A stretch of DNA of 64,000 nucleotides from Okamejei kenojei (lineage: Eukaryota), in assembly GCA_035221665.1 (NCBI GenBank), contig CM069131.1:81344001-81408000 (forward strand), written 5' to 3'. Each line of letters opens with the position of its first letter. Within the stretch, counting starts at the first letter, position 1. Both the position numbers and the translations under genes were made by a program. Shown here in pieces: positions 48,901 to 59,068 of this stretch. The notes under the pieces were generated by a model that was not told the DNA's origin, made no database searches, and saw only the letters and a list, made by a program, of their open reading frames with translations.

Positions 48901-50689
48901 TGACATAAGAAGACAACTAGATGAGCAACAGAAAAGGCTTAAACGATACAAAGAACGGTTAAATAATTGTGTGACAATGAATATATAAAGTAGGTGCCCA
49001 CTTGATAACCCCAATGACGTGCTGCCTAGCCTTTCTCAACATCGGAGGAGCATAGGTGAGTGCAGAAGGCTCCCATCACCATCGGGAGTAAATTGATATT
49101 TGGTACCTTGGATTTTTAACATCTAGTCCTGTGTATTTACAAACATAGCTGCTAATAGAAAAGTCTAAAGAAGAGAGGCTTGTCGGTCGAGACAAAAGTA
49201 TGCAGGACCGATTGCGATTATGACACTTCACTTATAGTTCAGCAGGGAGCCTCCTTCACTGAGCAATGGACAAATGGTTATGCATTGCAGAATCTCATTA
49301 AACAACAAGAGCAGATAAATAAGCAGTGAATGGAAATTGAACAACAGAGGAAGCTGCCAGAAAATGAAAACTTGCAGCCATGGGTCAGATCCCACCTACA
49401 AAGAGGAAAACAAAGCAAATACATGAACCAGAAAATGAAACGCAGAATATCAGGAACAGGAAGAAATTTGCAAATTAGATCAGGACATTTAAAAGGGAAG
49501 AGATACAGGCAGAGCTAGAGCAATTAGAAAGTGTTCGTAATTTACACATAAAGGAACGAAAAATCATAACATATAAAACAAGGGGTAATGTATTTGGTTT
49601 AAGGAAGATGGGTGGAATGAAAAAATTATAAGTGCTGGTTTAGATAGGATTATTACAGTTATGAGGATGTATTGCAAGATGAATGTAATAATACCATTTT
49701 GCAACAGTGTATTAAACAATTATATTTTAGGTAAAGAGCATATTACCGTGGTTTAGATATGATTATTACAGTTATGAGGATGTATGGTGACATGACTGTA
49801 ATAATACAATTGTGCAGCAGTGTATTAATCAATGATATGTGAAGTAAAGAGCATATACCGTGCAGGTGAAATTGAGTTAAACGGGGAGGAGTGCGGTGTA
49901 TGTAATAGAAATGGTGTTACCTGTCTCCAAGTTAAAGGGGGAGGAGTGCTGGGTATCTAATAGAAATGGTGTTACCTGCCTCCAAGTTAAAGGGGGAGGA
50001 GTGTTAGGTATGTGATATAATTAGCATATGTGATGTCTTGTGCAAGGACGCATGCGCAGAGACTCAAGGTGGCGTCCTGGAATAAAGAAGCTTGTTAGTG
50101 TACTCCCGTGTCTGACTGTTATTTTAAGTCTGTTCCAAGCACCCAAATACACAACAATAATTGTTGGGACACATGGCTTCACAGGTGTTTGTAATTGCTC
50201 AAGTGAGTTTAAATGCCTCTTTAATGCAGGTATCAGAGAGCTCTCAGCTCCTAGTCTTTCCATCACCGTTGAAAACTTACATTGCTGTTTATCAACATGA
50301 GGACCAAAGTTGTGTCAATGAAAGTCAAAGAAGCCATTATGAGACTGAGAAACAAGAATAAAACTGTTAGACAGCCAAATTAAAACAGCCAAACCTTAGG
50401 CTTACCAAAATCAACTGTTTGGAACATCATTAAGAAGAAAGAGAGCACTGGTGAGCTTACTGGTGTGAAGATGGTGGCGTAGGGGAGAGATAAAAAGGAG
50501 AAAAAAGGTCTGAGATAAAAAGCGTAAAATGCAAAGCTGAACACAGGGATCTGGATAGAAGAAACAGGGGAAGGGATAAAGGAGGGGGTATTACTTGAAA
50601 TTAAAGAATTCAACGTTTATACCTTTAGGCTGTGGATTATTGTTAATCTGCAATTTGAGAGGGAGAAGGTGAAATCGGAAGTGTTGGTA

Positions 50690-52592
50690 TTGCAGCAGAG
50701 CAAAGGAGAAGCAGAGGATTTGGTTGCTTTGAAAGAACAACAGAAAACTAAAAAGGCAATAGGGGGAGAAAATATGAAATACGAAGGTAAACTAGCCAAT
50801 CATAAGATAGCAAGAGATTCTTCAGTTATATAAAGAATAAGAAAAAGGCAAGAGTGGAAGTTGGACCTCTGGAGAATGATGCAGGAGAAGTGATAATGGG
50901 GAATAAAGAAATGGCAGAGGAGTTGAATCACTTTTTTTGCATCAGTCTTCACAGTGGTGACCAGCAATGTTTCTGAAATTCAGGAGAGTCAGGGAGTGGA
51001 AGTTAGTGGAGTAGCTATTACCTGGGAGGTGCTAGGGAAGCTGAAATGGCAGAAGGTGGATCAGTCCAGATGGACTGCACCTAGGGTTCTGAAAGAGGTG
51101 GCTTTAGAGATTGTGGCGGCATTGACAGTGATATTTCAAGAATCATTGGAGACGGGGGTTGTCCCAGATGATTGGAAAATTGGCAATATTACCCCGCAGC
51201 ACAAAGAAGCAAAGCAGAATAGTGGGAACTATAGGCCGGTAAACTGTCTTTGGTGGTTGGTAAGATTTCAGAGAGTCCATTACAAAGGATGAGGTTACGG
51301 AGTATTTAGAAGTTCACAATAACAAAGGCCAAAGTCAGCATGACTTTGTGAAGGGAGGTCTTGCTTGACAAATTTGCTGGAATTCTTTGAAGTAAATAGC
51401 AGGACAAAGGGAAGTCAGTAGATGTTGTTGATTTGGATTTTCAGAAAGCCTTTGATAAGGTGCCACACATGAGGCTGCTAAGGAAGATGATAGCCCATGG
51501 TATCAAAGGGCATATACTAGCCTGGATAGAAGATTGGCTTGTAAGCAGAAGACAAAGAGTGGCAATAAAGGGGTTTTTTTCTAGTTGGCTGCCAGTGACT
51601 AGCGGACTTCCTCAGGAGTCGGTGCTGGGGCCGCTATTCTTCACGTTGAATATTAATGATATGGACGAGGGGATTGAAGGCTTTGTGGCTAAGTTTGCGG
51701 ATGATACAAAAATAGATGGAAGGGCAGGTAGTGTAGAGAAATCAGGGACTCTGCAGAAGGACTTGGATAGGTTCAGAAAGTGGGCAGAGAAGTGGCTGAC
51801 GGAATATAGTAAAGCAAAGTCATGCATTTTGGTAGCAGGAATAAAGGCGTAGACTATTTTCTCAATGGGGTGAGAATCCAGAAATTGGAGGTGCATAGGG
51901 ACTTGGGAGTGCTGGTGCAGGATTCCCAACAAGTAAATCTGCAAGTCGAATTGATAGTAAAGAAAGCAAACTCAACGCTAGCATTAATTTCAAGAGGGCT
52001 TGTATACAAAAACAGGGATGTAACGCAGATGCTCTATAAGGTGCTGGTAAGGCCACATTTGGAATATTGTGAGCAATTGTGGGCACCATATCTGAGGAAG
52101 GATGTGCTGGCTCTGGAGAGGGTCCAGAGGAGGTTTACAAGAATGATCCCTGGAATGAGGTTAACCTACGATGAGCGTTTGTCGGCATTGGGCCTGTACT
52201 CGCTGGAGTTTAGAAGAATGAGGGGGGCCTCATTGAAACATATCGAATAGTGAAAGGCTTGGATAGAGTGGATAGAGTGGAGAGGATGTTTCCACTAGCG
52301 GGAGAGTCTAGGACTAGATATCATGGCCTCAGCATTAAAGGACGTTCTTTTAGGAAGGAGACAAGGGGATATTTCTTTAGTCAGAGGGTGGTAAATCTGT
52401 GGAATTCTTTGCCACAGAAGACCGTGGAGGCCAAGTCACTGGATATGTTTAAGGTAGAGGTAGATTCTTGATTAGTACAGGCATCAGGGGTTATGCGAAG
52501 AAGGCATGAGAATGGGGTTCGGAGTGAGAGATAGATCAGGAGTAGACTTGATGGGCCTAATGACCGAATTCTACTCCTATCATATATGATTA
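50690..52592 (+). mobile_element. CR1 LINE, 5'-truncated ORF2
   Basis: PRVLKEVA, NYRPV, DFQKAFDKVPH, PQESVLGPLFF, FADDTK, VRPHLEYC, RVVNLWNSLP. Confidence 0.93.
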
Positions 52593-53167
52593 AAGATGCT
52601 GTCATCTATGGCGTCACTCTCTTATCCCGGTCACCCTGCCCCTTCCCCCTCCTCCATATATCTCATACCACCTTGGTCACCCTGCCCCTTTTGCCTCTAT
52701 TCGCTCATCCTCCAATCCTTCCACCTCTTAGTTAGCTCATTTCCCTTTTATCCCCTTCTTCCCTGAGCCCCATCCATTCCACCCATACCCCTTCCTCTGG
52801 CTTTACAATTCACTCATCTTCTTTCCTTATGACACACTTTTGTCTCCTTTTCACCCCCAGCCCTTGTCACCATTTCATCTGCAAATCACACCCCTCCGGA
52901 CACTTCTATCACCCATCACTTTGATCACAGTTTTGCTCCACCCCACCTCTCGTATCCAGTTTACTTCCCTCGACCCCAGTCTAAAGAGTTCCGACCTGAA
53001 GCACCATCTTTCCATTCCCTCAACAACTGCTGAGTGAACCGCTGAATGCCTCCAGTACAACTTTTTGCGCAAGATTCCAGCCTCTGCAGTCTCATGTTTC
53101 TATCTATCTGGAGGCCCACTGTAAATAAATCATTCTATGCACAGCCTCCGCCAAGTCAATAAATTAA

Positions 53168-53310
53168 NNNNNNNNNNNNNNNNNNNNNNNNNNNNNNNNN
53201 NNNNNNNNNNNNNNNNNNNNNNNNNNNNNNNNNNNNNNNNNNNNNNNNNNNNNNNNNNNNNNNNNNNNNNNNNNNNNNNNNNNNNNNNNNNNNNNNNNNN
53301 NNNNNNNNNN
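53168..53310. other. Assembly gap (143 N)
   Basis: Run of N. Confidence 1.
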
Positions 53311-53399
53311 AGATCAGTCAAGGGCATCTATCATGAGCTATGGGGGAATCTGCTTAGCTTATCCTGATCTTTTCAAAATTTGAACCCTGAAATCAGTTA

Positions 53400-53616
53400 T
53401 GTTCTCTGCCACAGAAGGTAACTGAGGCCAGTTCGTTGGCCATATTTAAGAGGGAGTTGGATGCGGCCCTTGTGGCTGAAGGGATCAGGGGGTATGGAGA
53501 GAAGGCAGGTACAGGATACTGAGTTGGATGATCAGCCATGATCATATTGAATGGCGGTGCAGGCTCGAAGGGCCGAATGGCCTGCTCCTGCACCTAATTT
53601 CTATGTTTCTATGTTA
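53400..53616 (+). mobile_element. CR1 3' end
   Basis: CR1 3' UTR with (TTTCTATG)n tail. Confidence 0.82.
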
Positions 53617-53959
53617 TCAGATTTGTCTTCTCAGTTGTGGATGCTTCTTCTGCTCAAATTTTTTTTTATGCCAAACAGGAAGTTTAAAATAATAGCAGAA
53701 TGAATAAATATTCCACAAATATAGACAGCATGATTCTATCTACAACTCATTGAAAGTTAGCTTTCAAAAATACTCAGAAGGGAAAAGAACAATGAAGAAC
53801 ATCTGAACTGCAGAAACTCTGATTCATTCTATTTTTCCATTGCTGTTAGAATATATTGAATGCTCCGAGAACTATTAAAAAAATCGCAAATTAACTATTT
53901 TATGAACATTAAATGGTTTAATGGTTCAAGCATTTCATGATTGAAGAATTCTCGGCTAC

Positions 53960-56900
53960 CTTGTGACTCCACTTTTGAAGGATCGCATTTGGAGTCCATT
54001 TCTTCATCTTGATGCTTGTCACCCAATTCTTCTGCAACATTTTCTGAACTATGAGCCTTTTGCTTTCCAAGACTTTCCACAGAGGGTACAAGAGATTCAG
54101 GTGCACTAGAAGGTGCCTCATAGCTAAAGGTTTCATCGAGTGTTGGAGTAGCCGGTGAAGAAGGATCATAATGAACAAACTGTGCTTTATTAGCAATTGA
54201 ATGGAGAAGCCCAGCATCATTCATTGTTGGTGTATCAGGGGAAATGGTCTCACAAGGGGTATTTAAAGATTCATGTTGTTCCACATTTGGAGGAATATTT
54301 ACCTTATTTGGTCTTACGAATTGGTCATGAGCTGGTTTTTTACTTTGTTCTTCATTTAAAAATGTTTTACATTCAGTGTTTTGTACAATTTCAATCTCCT
54401 TTTCTCCCATGTTTATATCTTTCAAAGGTCCCGCTTCATTCTTTTCATCTTCAAAGGCTTTTGTTCTTTGCTTTAATTTGTCTTCAGCTTTTATCAAACT
54501 TTCTACGTCCACTAAATTTCCTGGAGTGTTGTGCAGAATTTCCTTACTATCTGATATGCTCTCTTTTGAATTCAACTGAGAATTTTCTGTATCAGTTCTT
54601 TTTTTATCATTAATCTGATCAGTTTGATCTTCATTTGATCCTGACAGCGTATTTTCCGATTTTTCTTTTGATTCACTTATATCATTTTTGTCCAAATGAT
54701 TCTCTTTTAATTCCAAACTTTGAATATCATTTTTTTCTTCTACTATCTCTTTACTTTTAATATTTGTTTTCAGGTGAGCTTTGGATCCTGACTGATCATT
54801 CTCCACTTTATTTCTCTTGTCTGTATCATTACTTTTGGCAATTTCTGTCTGCTCCTCATCGTTTGCCACATTTACAAAGTTAGTGCTCTTCTCTCTGCTT
54901 TTTTCTTCTTCCATTGTTTCAGGCTTGGACATAGCAGTCGGCGACTTAATCGCTTTTTCTTCTGAAATCACATTACTCTGAAGATCTTGCACTTTATCCT
55001 TAGAACATGACCCAATATTTTCAACACCATCCTTCTCTAATCCTTTCCAATCGCCTTGTATTTTTTCTTTGGACTTTGCTTGCATATTTTCAGAAATGTC
55101 TTTAGATTTAGATTGAACTTTTTGTAAATCATTCTTCTTTAATTTTCCTTTTTCACAGTCCTTAATGTTTTCCTTTCCTTTCTCACTGGATTTTGAGTGA
55201 GATGTTTCAGAATGTTCCATGGATTTTGAAAGAGTATTTTCATATTTGTGCTTCCTGTCCATTCCTTTTTCATTGTTTTGAATATTTTCTTGAACCCTGT
55301 CTTTGTGTTTTGATCGGGAACTATCAGAATGCTCCTTGGATTTTGATCGTGAATGTTCAGAGCGTTCCCCAGACTTGGGCCGAGTACTTCCAAATTCACA
55401 TTTTCTTTCCATCTTCTTTGTGTTATCTTCCTGCAAGTCTTCTTTGGATTTTGAACGTGATTTTTCAAAATGTCTGATTTTAAAATCATGCTTCTTGTCA
55501 ATTCCTTTCAAAGTGCCCTGAACAGAATCTCGCACCTTTTCTTTTGCTCTTGAGTGCGAGCTTTCTGAATATTCCTTTGGTTTTGAACCAACATTTTCCA
55601 AACTATTCTTCTTTTCCATTCTTTTTTCACCTTGGAAAGCATCTCGCACTTTCTCCCTGGATTTTGACCGAGAGGCATCAACATTATCCTTAGACTTAGG
55701 TTGAGTGTTTTCAGAATCACGCTTCTTTTCTATTCTCTCTTCATTTTGAACATCTCCTTGCAATTTTTCCCTGGATTTTGATCTAGCGATTTCCGAATGT
55801 TCCTTCAATTTCAACCGAGCAGTTTCAGAATCATGCTTTTTGTCTATTCCTTTTTGAATATATTCATCATCTTCCTTGGACTTTGATCGAGACAATTCAA
55901 TGCTTTCCTTTGTTTTGGATCGAGAGCCATCAACTCTTTCCTTATATTTTGACAAGGAGCTTTCAGATTCTCTTCTCTTTCCTATTTTCTTCTCCCTTGC
56001 TTTATCTTCTTGCAAATCTTCCTTGGATCTTGACCGTGAATTTTCGAAGTTCTTCTGTTTATCTTTATTTCGAACATCCTCCTGAACGGCTTCCTTTGAT
56101 TTTGACCGAGAGATTCCAGATTCATTTTGATTCTCTTTGACTTTCTCATGACTTCTTGTGTCATCATGCAATTTCTCTCTGGATTTTGATCGGGAGTTCC
56201 CAGATTCACCTTTCTTTTCTTTTACTTTTTCATTACCTTTCACGTCCTCCTGGAAGCCTTCCTTAGATAATGATCGAGAGCGTTCAGACATGTATTTCTT
56301 GTCTTTACCTTTCTCATGGCTTTTCTCATCTACAGTATTTTCCCTAGATTTAGTTCGACCATGTTCAGATTCATTTTTCTTTTCTCTGCTTTTAGCATCT
56401 TCATGTATGCTTTCCTTGAATTTGGAGCAAGGATTTTCAGAATCATTTCTTTTTTCTTTCAATTTTTCACTGGATTTCACATCATCTTGTGAGTTTTCTT
56501 TGAACTTTGGCCGCGTGCTTTCAGATTCATTTCTTTTTTCTTTGTTTTTCTCATGACCCTTTGTATCTTCCTGTGTATGCTCCCTAGACTTTGGGCAGGA
56601 GCTTTCAGCAGTATTTTTCTTTTCTTTCCCTTTTTCTTCTTTTAGTTTAGAGTGGTCCCTAGATTTGACATCTTGACCATGTTCTTTTATTGGTAATTCT
56701 GCAGAATCTGTTGAAGAAATTAGAGCTTTGCTGTCACGCGATAGGATAACCCGGTGGCAGCTGGTTATGACATTGTCCTCTAAAGCAGATTCCTGCTTTT
56801 GATCAGCATCAATATGAACATCATGTGTCCAAGGGCTGCTTTCAGACATTACTTCCCCACTTTGTTTTACATGTTTCATCTCATCTTTGTGCTTTGACGA

Positions 56901-57152
56901 ATCTGTAAGACATTCCTCTAATCCAAAATCATCAAGCTTATTTACTCCAGACATATCCAATCGGCCCACATCTGAATCAATGTTTCTTGGTTGCTTTTGA
57001 CTAGACTCGTGATCATTTTTTAAATGGTTGTTTCTTTCACTGTCGGATTGGCTAAACTCCGAAAGTATCTGAACAGATCCGAGTGACTGATCTGTGGACT
57101 GTGCATTTTTGGAGTCTTTAGAAGTACAAGAAACAAAAGCCTTCTCCTTGTT
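53960..57152 (-). CDS. BOD1L1-like protein, very large (3193 nt) K/E/S-rich exon
   Basis: Lies inside the 1090-aa ORF; acceptor TTTCTTTTTCAG|AAC (phase 0) and donor CAAG|GTAGCC (phase 1); splices in frame through five exons to the terminal exon. Coding status is strong; gene identity rests only on the C-terminus and exon architecture. Confidence 0.85.
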
Positions 57153-57563
57153 CTGAAAAAGAAACATTGAGAAGATTTTTCAATCAGTAAATAGGTTACT
57201 TTAATATTATTCTATTTTTTGCAAGTACTATGTGAAACAAATCTCATGTGTATGATCATTATAATATGGAACTTAAATTACTTGCATTAGTTCAGCACCA
57301 TAACTCCAATGTAAGATGTGGTAGCCTGGATTAGCAAGAGCAGGACGCGGAGCAAGTGTGTAATGAACCTGATTTGATAAGGGAACTTGAAGTTAAGGAG
57401 CCATTAGGAAGTAGTGACCATAATATGGTAAGTTTTACTCTACAATTTGAAAGTGAGAAGGGTGAATCGGAGGTGTCAGCATGGGCGGAAATCACTTTTA
57501 AAACATATGGGGGGGACGGGACTGGGGGGGGGGGGGGTGGGGGTGGGGGGGGGGGGGGGGGGT

Positions 57564-57601
<38 letters not shown>

Positions 57602-57679
57602 AACGACACACAATTGCCTGGCAGCCCGATGACAAGTGTGCATGACAACTAACAATTTTATCTCCTCCCATCAAAAAAT

Positions 57680-58185
57680 TCTTTATGTATGTTTTTGTTA
57701 GTTTGTGAAAAGTTTACGTGTGTTGTTTTCTCTCTCCTCCAAGGTTAGTTCTTCTGTTTGCCTTCATTTGCTTCAGTTTTATTTAGTGTTATTTATCACA
57801 TTGTAGCTTTTGAAAGATTTAAACGGGTATCGGACGGTCGTTAAGGGTCCAGACTGTGAGCACGGGCTTCCTGGTGTGCAGGAACAGTCCCTCATCCACC
57901 CACGTTATTTAGTAATTTTGACCTATCATTTAGGGAAAATGATGGGTAAAAATTACTAAATAATGTGGGTGAATGAGGGACTGAACCTGCACACCAGGAA
58001 GCCCGTGCTTGTGGTCCGGAGCCCTTAATGGTTGTCCGAATGGTCCGATACCCGTTTAAATCTTATAAATCTAATAAAACTGAAGCAAATGAAGGCAAAC
58101 AGAAGAACTAACCTTCGAGGAGAGAGAGAGAGAGAGAAAAAACAACACACAAACTTTTCACAAACTAACAAAAACATACGTAAAT
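57680..58185. repeat. Long inverted repeat (foldback, arms about 250 bp)
   Basis: 57680-57931 is the reverse complement of about 57937-58185 (for example TTCTTCTGTTTGCCTTCATTTGCTTCAGTTTTATT / AATAAAACTGAAGCAAATGAAGGCAAACAGAAGAA). Confidence 0.9.
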
Positions 58186-58393
58186 AAACTATTGATAAAC
58201 TAACAAAAATAAACATAAACATACTTAATTTTTAAAAAAATTCATATAACATCCCTAAATGATGGGTAGAAATTACTAAATAATGTGGGTGAATGAGGGG
58301 GTATACCTGCACACCAGCTCGACCACCGAATCCCTTAATGACCCTACGATACCCGTTTAAATCTTTCCCATTCACCAATACATCCAAAGTTCA

Positions 58394-58494
58394 CAAACGG
58401 TCAGAAGAAGGGTCGAGACCCGAAACGTCGCCTATTCCTTCTCTACATAGATGCTGCCTCACCCGCTGTGTTCCTCCAGCATTTTTTGTCTGCC
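58394..58494 (+). mobile_element. 101-bp Penelope-derived hammerhead-like element
   Basis: CAGAAGAAGGGTCGAGACCCGAAACGTC; flanked by the 11-bp direct repeat TCCAAAGTTCA (58383-93, 58495-505). Confidence 0.78.
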
Positions 58495-58634
58495 TCCAAA
58501 GTTCAAATTGTAATTATAACCGCATCAGACAGTTTTAAGAAATTCTCCCGTGAATTTTACTCAAAGGAACGTGTCAGTAATACTTGAAGGTCAAAACATA
58601 ATTATATTTACTGAGGAAAGCATATCGACGTATT

Positions 58635-59068
58635 ATAGACTTATAGACAATAGGTGCAGGATTATGCCATTCGGCACCGAGCCAGCATCGCCATTCAATG
58701 TGATCATGGCTGATCATCCTCAATCAGTACCCCGTTCCTGCCTTCTCCCCATATCCCCTGACTCCGCTATAAGAGCCCCATCTAGCTCTCTTGAAAGCAT
58801 CCAGAGAACCCGCCTCCACCACCCTCTGAGGCAGAGAATTCCACAGACTCGCCACTCTCTGTGAGAAAAAGTGATTCCTTGTCTCCGTTCTAAATGGCTT
58901 ACTCTTAAAACTGTGGCCCCTGGTTCTGGACTCCCCCAACATCGGGAACATGTTTCCTGCCTCTAGCGTGTCCAAACCCTTAACAATCTTATATGTTTCA
59001 ATGAGATCCCCTATCATCCTCCTATACTCCAGAGTGTACAAGCTCAGCTGCTCCATTCTCTCAGCAAA
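58635..59068 (-). mobile_element. CR1 3' end nested in the hAT element
   Basis: ORF 58724..59086 LYTLEYRRMIGDLIETYK...RVASLWNSLP. Confidence 0.88.

Larger units (their letters stand above)
45770..50156 (+). mobile_element. Non-autonomous Gypsy-type LTR element carrying gag and captured ASPM-like IQ repeats
   Basis: 5' LTR 45770-45981 and 3' LTR 49892-50156 (TG...CA, near-identical); TSD ATAAT (45765-69, 50157-61); PBS-like TGGTGATGAGG at 45984; PPT at about 49878-49891; no pol motifs seen. Confidence 0.92.
45576..50462 (+). mobile_element. Tc1-family transposon 5' part, split by the LTR insertion
   Basis: TA|CAGTGCCCTTCATAG terminus at 45576; resumes at 50162; MRTKVVSMKVKEAIMRLRNKNKTVR...TLGLPKSTVWNIIKKKESTGEL (from about 50297) is a Tc1 paired-like HTH. 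Confidence 0.82.

Noticed and set aside
45770-57152. Functional link between the ASPM cargo and the host BOD1L1-like gene (both mitosis-related families)
   Set aside because: The element is an antisense intronic insertion inside a Tc1 fragment; nothing in the sequence argues against coincidence.
53895-57167. 1090-aa ORF as a complete intronless protein
   Set aside because: Its start lies in the polypyrimidine tract of an acceptor, and a phase-compatible donor at 53960 precedes the stop.
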